This document shows positions 12,717 to 26,880 of a stretch of 64,000 nt of DNA, piece after piece. The DNA is from Paramecium tetraurelia. Lineage: Eukaryota. The stretch covers positions 1 through 64,000 of the forward strand of contig CT868607.1 in NCBI GenBank assembly GCA_000165425.1, written 5' to 3'. The notes under the pieces were generated by a model. That model did not search any database. It was not told the origin of the DNA and saw only the letters and a list, made by a program, of their open reading frames with translations. Numbering within the stretch: the first letter of the stretch is position 1; each line of letters starts with the position of its first letter. A program made the translations under genes and the position numbers.

Positions 12717-15351
12717 ATGTAAATCAATATTGTATAGTGGGAATAAAGCAATGCTTTAACTCTTCAAGAATAAGCTATTATTGATTAAATAGAAAATTTG
12801 CAGCAAAAGGCATCTTTAGAGAAAGATAAACCCACTAATTTTAAATTTTATAAGAAACACGACAAGAAAAATGACGACTTTTTTCGATTAGAAATAATAT
12901 AAGGTTAATATTAATAGAAATTATCCTCCCTTTAAAGCATAACAAAGAATTTAGAGATAATATGTGATTAGTTGAAGAAATTGAATGATGACAAAGACAA
13001 GATTGTATAGAAAATTAGTTAATTTCATCAAGAAGCCAATATTCATATAAATAAATAAAAAGAATTATTAGAATATCAATTTCAAATACAAGAAAACATA
13101 CAATATTACTACAATATTTAGAAAATTTCAAGGGACTTAGAGAGTGATGATAGAAAGGAAATTAATTATTAAGTATTAATTAGTGAAATTCAAGAAGGCA
13201 TAATTTTCTTTTCCTCAAAACCTAATTACTACCAGAGCGACAAATGCATCATACAATATTAATAATTGAAGAAAAGGTTATTAGGTACTTGCAAAAGCTC
13301 CTTAATGAAACTTTTAAATAAAGAATCGTAATTTATCAATTAAAAGTTTTCCCAATTGAAAGACTTAGTTTGTGTGTTTTATCCTCCAAGGTTCTTTGGT
13401 TATTCTGAATTTAATGAGGAGGAGAATGATATCCTTTAACCAAACCCATTAAAACTATAATTTTTATAGATCATTTTCCCATAATTGATCCCTTAATTGA
13501 AATTGAAGGATGTTTAACAGAAAAACAATTATTAGTACGAAGATGAATTTTTGAAATTCAGCATAACAGAATAAATGAAAGATCTTTTTCTTTACATCGA
13601 GTCTCAAATTTAAGGGGATTAGGACCTTTATTCTTTGTATAATGATGTCTTTTTATAGTACAACTTTTACAATAGATTAAATTTACATCAATAAATAAAT
13701 GAATTAATTAATAAATAATCCAATAATCTCAATTAAACAGGTTAGATTCTCTATAAAATTAATCAAAGTCTAATTTAATAAAAATTAGTTAGTAAATAGC
13801 ACCTATAGAAATAATAAGAAATACTTTTATTTGAAGCATTATGTGGGATAATATTTGAAACTACTGTAATTGAAGCATTTTATTCAAGAATATTTTTCAG
13901 ATTAAATTTAAGAATCGTTAAGGAGAACGATAAATAACATTTATCAAGAATACTTGATAACTATTATTAAACAGTAAGAATGTTTTTGTAGAAAATCTAT
14001 AATTTAGATTAATTAGTCATGATTAGTGAATCATTATAATAATTGAAAAATCACACTGCAAAAGTATTTTAGAAAATAAAAGAGAACTCATTAGATGAAA
14101 AAGATTATTTATTCCCAATATTTCAAATAATCTCATAAGGAAAAGTATTTAATCTATTTATATTCTAGGATCAATCATAAATTGTAGAATGCTTTTAGAA
14201 TTACTTAAATATTTTTACAAACTTATTTTTAGAGAAAATTAATTTAGATATTATTCACAAATCAATATAATCATCATAGGTTCAAATTCAATAGAAAATA
14301 TATTAATATTCTCCAAAAGATTACATAAGACAAAAGTAAAAATTAACAATTCATAAATTCTTAAAAACTTAACCAATTCCAAAAGGATACGAGATTTAAA
14401 GAAGTGATCTTTATCCCGCAGTGATATTCGGTTTAGATCTCATAACTAAAATGCAAAGATCAGTAGATTAAGTTATTTTTAGATAATTAGCTGGAGAAAC
14501 GCTTAGAGAAATCAATTCTCAATTGAAGCTAGTAGCAGAACAATTTGACGTATTTAATTGTGGTATCTTAGGTAAAATTTGATAGTTACATTTTTTACTT
14601 AAAGAATATCATCTATTTATGTGATGGTTTGGCATAATAAGGTGGAGACTATATAGTAAAAGAAAGTGAACTTGATTTTAGTGAAACAAAGGCAGTTTTA
14701 CTTTAATTAATTACAGGATAATTAAGGCCAGAAATTTAGTGGGTTGAATTAACATCACCTGAAAAATTATGGACTTACATTACTAATTTCTTTTAATTTG
14801 TCTATAAAGGGATGCCTAAAATAAATTAATATGAAGTTGATTGGAAGAATAATCTTATGAATCAAAAGAATTTGATGCTCTTTTAATTTGTTAAAGACAT
14901 GACTTTTATAGTTGCGAAAACTTTAATTTAATACATTAGAAATTATTAATATTTATAGCATAAATTAGTAGAAGGTAATCATTCTAATTATAATTGATAG
15001 AAAAGGATGAATAGAAATTAGGATAAGCAGAAAAGGATTTCAATTTACTAATATCGCAAAGTTAAATTAAAAGGTCTTATTCGCTATTTTATGAAAACAT
15101 AATTGATTTCATTTAGGAGATAAATCTTAAGCTGAATAACTATCTAGAAAAAAGCACTTTTGATTAGATATAAGTAGAATTTAACATTTATTTAGATTTA
15201 CATTACAGAAATTATCTAGAATTCCTTATCGTTGCTAAGTTAATTTTATATCATCGTCTCTAAACATTATGGAGGAGAGGAATATGAAAATTTTTAATTT
15301 AATTCTTCGGAAGAGATAATAAAATATATAAAAATTGAATATTTTGATTGA
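12717..15351 (+). CDS. COG3: Conserved oligomeric Golgi complex subunit 3 (Sec34)-like helical protein
   Basis: About 830-aa helical ORF; WEQSNALTLQEQ, FFSSKPNYYQSDKCIIQYQQL and QLAGETLREINSQL segments resemble COG3; divergent. Confidence 0.6.
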
Positions 15352-16297
15352 ATTGCTAAATTATCTATTTTATTTATATCAAATCAATAAATAGTTTATT
15401 TTTTACTGATAGTTTAAATTCTTAAAAGAATGTTAATTAAAGCCTCTTAGTAAACCTGAGGTTAATTGGAGAAGTAATCTTTAAATTAAAACAATATAAT
15501 TGATTCTAAGTTTCTTTACGGAAAATGAAGAGAAGATAATTGATTATTTTTAAGACCAAAAATAGTTTTGCAAAGGATAATATAAAATTTATATGATATA
15601 TATAAATATTTCCGATTATGGATTATACTCTTAAATACTAAGGTATATGATCTTATATTTTAATTTTGATAATTTTTATTTAAAATATATTATTTCATAT
15701 ATTAAAATAATGCCACAATTTTTTCAAAAGATCAAATATAAAAGCTTAAATTTAGACTAAAAATTAAATGGTAAATAATTGACATCAAGCATTATATTAA
15801 TAGTGTTAATAACGATTATCTAAATATAAATCATTTATATATTTTTTTATCAAAAATATGGAATGTATTAAGAAATGAAGCAGCTATTTCCATTAATAAA
15901 GCTTCATGTTTAATAACTACATATAGGATCGAAATAATTTAATAAATGATAAGGATTTCATTTATTCTCCAAAATACATTTTCTTTATATAGAATGATGA
16001 ATTTCCAAAAAATAATTGTTAAGAAGTTGCTGTATTTGATTTTAAGTAGTATTCTGTCTCCATCTCCTCGAAATTAGTAAAAAAGAAACAGGATATCTAA
16101 TATGTAAAGGAAGCTTGATTGATTTTATACACTAAGAGGGATCATAATTGACGAATTAATTTAATTTATGGGTTAAATGTGTATATAAAGAAAAAATATA
16201 ATGATTTATGCACAACAAGAAATTATGTATATTTTTCTATAATTTATTCCTTTTATTGTCTAAAAAATATATAGAATAAATTAAATAATATATATCA

Positions 16298-17806
16298 ATG
16301 ACAAAAGGATCTGCTATCTTCCTTAGTTTTATTTTATTGGTTTTTGTTCGATGCGAATTCGTTCCAACAGATGAAGCAAACTTAGCTGTATTTGACGTCA
16401 TAAAATAAGCTTATAATGGTGGTATGTATTCAATGTATTAACAATAGATAATTTTGCACTTATATATCAATAATTGGATGATGAAATCTAGAAGGCATTA
16501 ACTTTAAAATAATTTGAAGAAATTCTTGTAGCTAAAAAAGGTAAAACAGGACGAATTGAATACTGGTCATACTCTTCTCCAGTTCCTTAGCATCCAATCT
16601 TCATCCTTGGATTCCAAAAGAATTTGGCAGTTGGATCAATTGAATGGGAATATTAAGAAACAAAATTTAAAGTTTTCTTATTAAATGAATTCGTGTAACC
16701 AACATTTGTTGAGTTCCTAAAATAAAATCCAAGTCGAACTTCCTTATCAATAAAAACAGATGATGTTGAGATTCTCAATTATCAAGGAAATAGACAATAA
16801 GATTTAATGAGTGTGTTCAAAATTACGGTAGCAATAGAATTTTCAAGATAATCTGCAAGTGGTATAATTGATCCTGAAAAATGGGTATCACTAGATGATG
16901 TTAATAAATACTACTTGAAAGATGTTGATACATCTCATGCTTAGTTTTTGGATCTTTGGGATAAAATGGGTAAGATTTAAGATGGTAAGATCTAATTGAT
17001 CGAAATAGCGAATGGTATGATAGCTCTGAGCTCTAATTGTAATACAGAATACTTGTAAGCACTCTTAACTATGGAGTCTATCCAATAAACTATCTCATCA
17101 TTGTAACTAGAGCAAACTCCATCATTTTACTTATCATCATTCTTTTTAGTGTTTTTAAATTATGATAATAAGGAAAGGGAAGACTACATAAAATAAATTT
17201 CCTCATTTCCTCCTGAATATGTCTTAGAAGAGACAAATAAAATTCATTAAATTTTAGAGCAAGGAGGTCAATAAGCATAAGACTTATTAGATAGAGGAAA
17301 AGAAGTGCTTGATGGAGAAATACTAGGCATATAAGCATAATACTTTACAAAAGCATCCACTTCAGCTTATGTCAATTTATTAGATAAACTCAATAAATAG
17401 GAAACGTTCAATACTAAATTTTATGATATTTTCTATCCTCTAATTGGGTATGTATCAATGAAGAATCCATTCCTTGTTAAAACATACAAACACGTGGGAG
17501 TAAGAAATTTCAATATTTTTTAAGGTTAAAGGTGGCTCTTCTGCTTACCCAAAAGATACAAAGTGTGTTTTAAGTATAGCCTAATTTTAAGAAGTGTATA
17601 ATCCATTCCCTTATAGTAAGACAACATATGCTTTATTTACTTAAGATCTAGATTATGATACAGAATATACTCCACTGATCAAATAATTTAACTTTTTCAC
17701 TGGATTATTAAGCTTAAATGGATATTATTTATAAGCAGTATCTAAAGCACTAACATCAATTTCCTAAGACCAGAATATATTTGATCAATAATTATTATAT
17801 TAATGA
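16298..17806 (+). CDS. Secreted class A beta-lactamase/penicillin-binding-protein-like serine hydrolase
   Basis: Signal peptide; SxxK (MSVFK, 16810-16821), SxN (MIALSSNCNT, 17029-17037) and KGG (HVGVKGGS, about 17528) in correct order and spacing; introns at 16422-16447 and 17500-17524. Confidence 0.85.
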
Positions 17807-17892
17807 AAGTTAATTTGTTTAAAATTTCCAAATTTCCTTTAATAATTATAGAACAATCAAATTAAGAAAAAATATTTATACAATAAAAATTA

Positions 17893-20150
17893 TCATATTT
17901 TTCTGCTCTCTAAATTTTATTTTAGTTATCTGTTTTATTATCTTTACCTAAATTATAGAGTAATGTTATATACTAATATTTAATTAAATTTTAATCTGAT
18001 GCATGCCTCTAATAGGTTTCGATTGGGTAATAATGGTTGTAGTTTACATGAATTTAATTACTTTAAGGCTAGTATTCCTATTTTGAAAGTCTTTCATTAG
18101 AAATTAAATTTGAAGATAAAGGCCTTGTCTATTTCGTTGTTGATTAATTTTTATTAATTGCATTAGAATCATTCGGTTTTGTTTTGACAACTCTTGCTTA
18201 AACTGGAAATACTTATGATCTTTCTAGCTTCTGTGACTATACCCTTGCTGGCAATGCCGATTAGGGGTGTTGATATCTATCGGATTTTGGTAGTTATTAT
18301 TAGTTTGATGAATAAATTTAAGAGACGGGCGCTGCAGATTATGGAACTTATTATCTCTTGCTTGTAATAGCTTCTTGATAAAGTATTGGTTGTCGAATCT
18401 ATTGACTTGGATTGCTGATATTAATTGATTAACTTATTTAAGGTCTACATTATATTTGACTTTATACTACTCTATTACTACAAAAACTAATTAATCTACA
18501 TACTTGTTATTATATTAAGGTAGTTCGACTTTTCTAGTTATGGGAGAGTAGGAGTGCTTTTAAATTCCATATTAGTGTTAATACTCTCCATATTATCCAT
18601 TTTATTTTGCTTAGGAAATTGGAGATATTCTTCTATTTTCAGCAATTAATTCTTTGGAGGCATCTCTAATTTATTTTAAGTTTCTTAGTTCTCTAATTTT
18701 AGAATCTTGGATTTCTTATTTTCTTAATTCTTAAATAGCCTTCAGTTCATTTTCCCTTTTGATTCTTAGATTTTCAAATTCTTTGATTTTATTAATTTAT
18801 GAATTCCTAACATACGAATCTCCTAATTAAGATTCTTTATCATAATTGTTGTAACGCTATTGAGGTTAGGCAGATTTCGGTTTTTCCAATTTTCTCGATG
18901 CAGATGGCCTAGGTCCTTCAATTAACAAAGGATGCTTGTTTTTTCTCTCCAAATAAGCTATGCTCTTGGTTATATCAGTGATTTATCTATCTTTAACTTA
19001 ACTTAATCTCGAATCTTATTATGTTTTAATGATTTATTATGGAGATCTGAAAGGACTAGATGAGTTTTCTGTAGATTTATTCTCTATGTTTCTTTCAATG
19101 CTCATAATCTCGTTTTCATATTTCGATTTAGGAAATTGAGAATTTAATTAATCAGTAGTCCTTGGGATTTATATAGTTTTTAACAGTTCCTAATTTTATG
19201 GCTAAGGATTGATATGAGTTTCAATATCCCTCATTCTATTTTGAATGATGGGATTTTTTAATAATTCTTCACAATTAGGTCTTTATGAAGATTACGTTTT
19301 CAATAGTAAAGAGATAATTTAAGCAAGATCTTTAGAATATTTGGCTGGTATTTAATCATATAGCCCTTTTTAAACCTTTTAAAAAAGAACATCCATTTCT
19401 TTCGCTCTGAATGGAGTTTGCAAACAACACATTTCATAAAGAACACAGCCTAATGACCTTAAATATGAAAAAATTTCTATACCATATATCACTTTTCAAA
19501 TCGTAAGGTTCATCTCTCCACACCTCTGGACTAGCATAATATGGTGTTCCAGTTTAAGTATAAACAAATCCCTATTTAGCTACTTTTGACACATTTAGAT
19601 CTCCCAATTTGAAAGTTCCATCACTAGAAAGGAAAACATTTGCTGATTTTAAATCTCTATGCACTATCTTCTAATCATGAAGAGTTTTCAATCTTATTTA
19701 ACTACAAATTCTTACCCCAAGATCATATGAATCAAGGCTATCCATATATCCTATTCTGAAAATTGTGGTCCTCCCTTTTGAGCTTAAGTGATTCTGCGAT
19801 AGACATCACCTCCAGATAAAAGTTCCATTACAGTACATAAGCATTTACATTCATCATCGAAAAAGGCTTCCTATTTCATCATTATTTATGTTACTTTATA
19901 GGCTACGATGTACTTGCTATTAATCGAAGCCAACAGTCTGACTTCATTTAGCGCATTCTCTTTTTCTTTGTATTTTAAGGATCCTAATTTCACTTTCTTT
20001 AATGCATATTCCTAACCATCTGCTATTCTTTTAACCTGGATTTTAAATATTCAAAAATACCTTATATACTGTGCTAAATGATCCCTTCCCCAACTCTTAA
20101 ATTACTTAAAAGTCCTTAAGTGAGGATGTTTTAGTTTATTAAACGTTCAT
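17893..20150 (-). CDS. NIMA-related (NEK) Ser/Thr kinase
   Basis: LGKGSFSTV, YALKKV, NALNEVRLLASI, HRDLKSANVF, KLGDLNVSK, TQTGTPYYASPE; long Q/S-rich tail. Confidence 0.93.
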
Positions 20151-20199
20151 ATTTTATTAATTTATATAATAATGCAAAAAATATCAAACCTATAAGGGA

Positions 20200-21160
20200 T
20201 CATCGCTTCTAGTTTGTCTGTTACTCAACTCCAAAAAGGTTTTGTGTTCTATTTATTTTTCTTCAGCAATTTTTATCAAATTTGAAATGAATATTGCATA
20301 AACTACAATGATTCCGGTTTATTTTATAAAACTCATACTTGAGCGTTCATACTAATAAACTTTGACTATAGTGTTTATAATAAGACCTAAGCATGCAATA
20401 ACAGAAAATCTGAAATAGTCGTATATCACAGTTTCATTATCATTTTCATTTTAAATTGTGTCTGCCAATTCATCATCAAAGGGATCATGCTATTTATAAT
20501 TGACACTAGTCTTCACATTTCTAATTTAATACTACTTTATATAGAGGCCATATTAGACAAGAAATACTATTCCATAAATTAATTCCAGTCCCAAAAGTAC
20601 TTGATATTCTCTTTCCTTTTAGAATATCTAAAAAATAGTTTGAAATTGATTTACTATTCTATTTATGATCTCTAAGGCTGAATTAATTGGGTAACCAAAA
20701 CAAAAGAGAACTTTAAATACTGAAATCGGCTTGATAGCTTATTAATCTACATTTTCTTTTTTTAAATTTTGCTCAAACATAACTAACCATGTGTAAAATA
20801 AAATTGTTTGATTTATTAATTCGGTTAATTCTCGATATACTTATTGATATTTGTCACCTAATAAATTTTCTAATGGTAAACAATTTAACATTAAAGTCAT
20901 TAACAGTACCTTGGTTAATGTTTATCTTCATGCTTTAAATATATTAATACATTTAATTAGATTTTTTACAATATGTTTTAATGAACTTTGATAGATAATA
21001 ATATGAGAATAAACAACTTACTAAATAAATGGCCTAATCAAATTCAAATTTATACATATAGGGAATATTCTATTCTTTAACCAAAATCCATAGTATTCTG
21101 AACTGAAAATAATAGAGTGTAGAGAGCAAATTAAACCACACTTCTCAATTTATTATCCAT
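20200..21160 (-). CDS. Hypothetical membrane protein
   Basis: Spliced code-6 ORF starting MDNKLRSVVQFALYTLLF with several hydrophobic segments; boundaries approximate. Confidence 0.5.
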
Positions 21161-21251
21161 TAATATTAAATTTGATTTCTCTTAACTAATATTTATTAAA
21201 TTAATTTAAATTATAAGAGGCATTATTATATAATTAATAAAAAAACCAAAA

Positions 21252-24200
21252 TCAAGCACCAGCTATATTCAATATATCGATATCGCAATATGGGCACTTT
21301 TAGCCAACTTAACATGATTCTTAGCTGAAAATAGATTCGCAAGCTTTACATCTCAGGCAATCAACCTTAGATATGCAAAGCAATTTAAATTGGCAAATTA
21401 AAAAGTCTTTATTACATTTGTTGCATTTCTTTACCCCTTTAAAAGGAAAGTGGCTTTTACAATTTGGACAAGACAATTTATATAATCCAGAATTCTTTTT
21501 GTCTTGTATTTTGGCCAGTTTTTATTCACACTCCTTAAGTAATTAATCATCTTCCTCTGTCAATTTAACTTTATCTAAGCTCTACTTCAATTAAATGAGT
21601 AATGTTTCTGCAAGGGCAATATTTTCATATTCAATGCAAAGAAATATTGATTAAATAATCCAATGAAGTTTGTGACTTGGAATAATATTTTAATGTATCA
21701 AGATCAAATGCATATAGATCTCTTTCTTTGAATTACCTTTCTCACGCATTTGATTTATTCCAATAAGCAACTAAAAAGCAAATCTATATTAAGCACAATG
21801 GACGATAAATTTTTATATCTAAATTATCAGATTAATTTTATACTCTTTAAAGTTTTTCTTTATTCCCCTGCAAATATTCATTCAACTTTTGAAAGGCCTT
21901 AGTTAGATTCTCAACTCCTTCTTTGGTTTATTTTTATCCAAATTGTTTTACAGCTTGATCAACGATTTGTTAAATTTCTTGAATCGAATTTTTTTGAGGA
22001 ATTTATTATTATTTATTGGTTTATTGAGCAATTTATTATTATTATTATTATTCAACAGTGGATTGCTCTTATTTCTATTTTTATTATAATTATGGTTTTG
22101 TTTCTTCTTTAATTTTCTGCTGTGGCTCTGCTTATTGGAGTTATGGAGTTTCATTAGAGATAGAAGAAAAATCATTATTCAAAGCATTATTTGCAGATTT
22201 AGATTAGGTTTAATCAAAATTTGCAAATTCGTTAAAGTCACTTCCCCACTCTCCTTACTAAACCTATGGAACTGCCGCTTAAGCAAATGCGTTAAAATTG
22301 CTATCAAATTCAAAATTATTAGGATTTTAAGTTTAATTCGGTTACTATCCTCCAAACCAACCAAAGTCAGAGTTGGGTTGTTCTATTTGTTAAATATTTT
22401 ATCCATCATCTTCTTGTAAAACTTCTTTGATTGGCTTCTCCTAAATAGGTTCTAGTGCGAAATCTAATTTCAATCCTTGAAAAGCATTTAATCCAGCAGA
22501 AGGTTTAGGTTTCGATTCTTATTTAATATCTATTTTAATTTCTTTTTGTTTTTCGTTAACAATAGGTAGAGGTTATCTATAACCATCACGGACCTCTTTG
22601 AGTTGAAATTTTTATTTCCAAAATCTAAATTCTGTTATCATACACTTCATAATAGGAAATTTTATGTTCGGCTCTTATGTACTTTGACCCAAAATTAAAT
22701 TTTTGTTCTTAAAGAGTTCATTAGAAATTTCAAGTTCTTGACAACTAAATTAATATTTGGCTGCAATATATAAATACAACACACTTGCTGACTATTCGTA
22801 TGATAAGCAAATGTGATTCCAAAAATTATCCCTAATTTATGGTTGATTTATTGGGTTATATTCATCATTTTCATCTATGTTGAATTACACAATTTAACCA
22901 TCAATGATAACTTCAATATTCAATTCATTAATATTCAGTATAAAATTTTGATCAACTTATAATATCTGCCCAGATGGCTGTAAGGGTTTGATCCACATCT
23001 CAATTGTAAAATCTGAGAGCTTGTTCTTTTTCCAATAATTCTTTTTTCTTGTTTGAATTCCTGCTTAAGGACCTAATTCAAAGCCCTACTATGCATTACA
23101 CACATTTCCCCAAAGATCTTAATAATCCATAGGATCACTTTCTTCTAACTTCTCCCACAAATGCTCAGTTTCTGAACTAATTTCTTTATTTACATAAATA
23201 TCTCCAACACAATTATAATTGCCATAATCTCCTATTTTACTGCCCTTTCCTTCATCTATTCTCCAATATATAAGTAGTTCTTAAAACTCTTTAGTGCTGT
23301 TATCATTGAAATCATATTATTAATCTTATTTCTACTTATCATCATCATTTTTGCCATCAAAGATGTTATTTACTTGTTAAGATTGAGGTTGTCCACCTAA
23401 GCCTAAAAAGAATCCAATAGAATCGTAAGTCAATCTATCAAACATTCTGATAACTTTATTATCAACAACTGATTCCTCTTCGTCTTCATCATTTCTTATA
23501 TCATCATAGGTTAAATTGAATTTATCCTTTCCGAATTCAACTTTGCTTTGTAAAGATTTCATATTTTATAACTAATTTAACTTATCCAGTAAATAATCAG
23601 TAAAGTAATAAGAAGGTGTCATATTTTGCATATCTTAGTTATCATTAATCTATTGCTATTAGCGAGTCAAAAACTCTATTAATTGCTTGATATTATCCCG
23701 AAAGAACATGTTCCCTTGATTTTAGACTTTATGTGCCAATTAAATGGCTTCATCATGAGTTTTATATTCCTTAGTCAAATATTAATCAATTTTATCAATC
23801 TACTTCTACCTTTTTAAGATTTATATAATGAAATTAGGCTGTTTGTTAAGGATGGCATCAATTTCGGCAGAAATCCTATATTAAAACGTCATTAGATAGA
23901 ATTATTTTGCTTATTCCAGAAGGATTTGCAAGTATTCGAATCTTCTGTCTTTAATTTTTTTGATTAATTGCTATTACAAGTCATCATTATTAATGATTCC
24001 TCCACTACCAAATAATATTTCATTTAAGTTCTCATGATCCAAGGTATTCATGAAAAATTTAGCTTTTTGATGCTTAGTAAATTAATTGCAATCATCCAGT
24101 TAAATAATATATTTTGCGCATGAGATGAATCTTTATGATAATGTGTTATTTTTACTATTCTAAGTCTTTAATAAGTGAATAATCAATATTTGGATTTGCA

Positions 24201-26644
24201 AAAGTCAATAACAATTTAGTAACAATAGATTCATCAACCTCTTAATTAAAGAATCGTTTATTGTGTATATATCCTTGAAGAATAGGCTATAGGATATTGA
24301 TCCATTTAGTTTTGATTTCAATATTATTTTATTTTTTGGAATGACTATTCATACAATTTTCAGTTACCTTTAACATAATAAAATCATCCTATCCCACAAC
24401 AAAGCAGAAAGCACATTCTTTTCCTCATAATTATCAATTGATTATATTGAAGCACAAGTTCCATTGAGCAACACATATAGAATATGAAATTTTGTTTACA
24501 GAATTAAAGTCTAGGCCATCCAATAAGTTAGTAGTATTCGATTTCTATTTTATCATATTAATTTACTTTTTATTAACTTGTGGTTGGAGCGAAATTAATT
24601 TGAGAGTATTCAAACTATCATCAACTATGTAAACATTATGGATTGTAACCACAGCTCCAATATTCTGATCCTTCTGCCAAACTAGGTCTGTTACTTATTC
24701 ATCACTTCCAAATTTGAAGCTCATTTCAGAACCACTTTACATTAATAGATCTAAGAGGTTATTATCTGAATTTCTGTTTCGACTAAATTTTAAGATGTTC
24801 TCATTCATTGGTTGATAAATTACTACAAAGCCTGATCTCAAAGGTGTCCAAAACATTCGTTACACTTTTAGGTTTAATGACTATTTCATTTAATTTTGTA
24901 ATTTGTCCTTATCTTGTTTATTCAATAATTTTAACATGTCTTCCTCTTGAGGTAGAGTGTCCTCAAATATTATACTATAACTTGACCTATCATCATACAA
25001 CAAAAATAATGGAGGATTAGCCCAACATTCTTAACCTAGAAACATCGAAAATCGAGCAGGATATTCCTTTAGATTATCTGACAATACTCCATTATTAGAC
25101 ATAACAGTACAACATCTATAGGTTGTTTCTATCTTATAACTTAAAAGAAACTGAGTTCTAGGAGCGAAATTCAGAGAGTTAGGTCTCACACTCAATTAGT
25201 GGAAGATAGGGTTTTCTACTAATATCATCTATCTCAAATTAGCAATAGATTTCAAAATTCCTTTGGCTAAACAATACTATTTGATTTCCATAGTGTGTTA
25301 ATCAATGTAATAGAGATATCTTTGAGTTAGTATTCTATTTTTTTCATCTGGGAAAAGTTCTTTAAAGGAATATTAATACTGTTGTGAACACACTGGATAC
25401 TCAGCCAATAGATTAGTATTATCATTAAGCAGAATGATCTAAGTTTTGTATTAATAGAATATCTAGCTTTGAAGAGTTTAATCTGGCAATGTTTTTATGG
25501 TATTAAGACTGATAAAATTGGCATAAGGATGGATTTATATGAATTTAGATAATCCAACATTTGGTAACTGTCTCTAGGCATTGTATTTTAGATCATTTTT
25601 AACCGCTAATAGATTTTAAATTTCTTTAATGCTGCCAAAGAGTTCTTGCTTTTTTGATTTGGATACCTTCTAATCTCTGATCATATCTTAAGGTACAAGT
25701 AATTTGATATTCAATAATTTGATATTTCCATCGTAGAGATAAGCCAAAAATTAATTACAATTAATGGCTCCATTGTAATTAACCCAATGTAAACACAATA
25801 TGCCATTATTGTGGCTCTACTCTAATTAGTAGATGGCTAACAATATATTTCTATCTCCTAAGGTTTTTGCATCGTAGCATAAAATCTATTTTATTAAGAA
25901 CAATCAATATTACCTTTCCATTATCACACCCACATAACAACTTTTAACCATCCTACTAGAAGGAAAGCGATATAATAATATTATTTTCATCTTGTATGCT
26001 TTTTAATTAAGTGTAAGTAGTTTGATTCCACACTCTCAATAATCCATCAGAACATGCACTACATATTTTATAATCAGTAGGATGGCATTTTAGATCATTG
26101 ACGTTAACTCGTTCAGGCAATCTTAATTTACTTAAAATTAATTCCGGTCCATTTGATTTGATTGTGTCGTCAATATTGGCGCAATAAATATTTCGCTAAT
26201 CAATAGCACTGAAGAAGAGAATGCCCTTTTTAAGTAGTAAAATGCAAAACTTACATCCAGATTGCTAACATCAGCATGTTAAATTTCGTATATACCTCTT
26301 CCCTTGGTCTCACCTGACCATATTGATTGATTGAATCCTTGTGCACTATTTCCCAATTACCATATTTCCATTAAGGAAGGTTGAAATGCCAAAATTAAAT
26401 ACCCTTTCCTTCTTGAAGTGATAAGCATGAATGGAGGTTGATTTGGTAATTACTTTGAGATAATATATCTAAGATCAATTATTATTATCTACCTCTCCAA
26501 TACAGTCTGATTGTGCAAATCCAATTCAATCAATTCATTTATTGGGTTTTCTCCTTAGAAACTCGGTTGAGCCAAGTAGATAATGCTGCTTCTCTCGTGA
26601 TTAAAAGTTAATGCAAGTATACTCTCTTAAAGTACTGTTTCCAT
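21252..26644 (-). CDS. TSET/TPLATE complex TTRAY1 (TWD40-1)-like subunit: two beta-propellers, alpha-solenoid, LamG-like insert, C-terminal Cys-rich domain
   Basis: Collinear motifs resembling plant TWD40-1: LKCHPTDYKICSACSDGLLRVWN, HPYANFISL, AEYPVCSQQ, DLVWQKDQNIGAVVTIHNVYIV, LSALLWDRMIL, IEIKTKWINILQPILQG, LTYDSIGFFLG, CAQYRFAFQLL, terminal CxxC pairs. Confidence 0.75.
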
Positions 26645-26880
26645 TTACTTTTTAATATATAAACAATTAAATGTTGAAATTCATTGAAAAACTTTGTAAT
26701 AGTCTGAGATAGCAGTTAGAGCAAAGTTCTCTGAAGAATGTATGGAATTGAAATTAACAATAGGGTATTTTAGAAACCAATATTGCAAGGTTTGTAAAAG
26801 ATTGTATTCATTACATATTTCATATTCCAATAGAGTACGATATTGAATAATATTTTACACTTACAGAAATCGATAAAACT

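Noticed and set aside
15400..16250. Coding-like fragments upstream of the beta-lactamase-like gene (possible mobile-element trace)
   Set aside because: No terminal repeats, transposase motifs or consistent ORF could be supported
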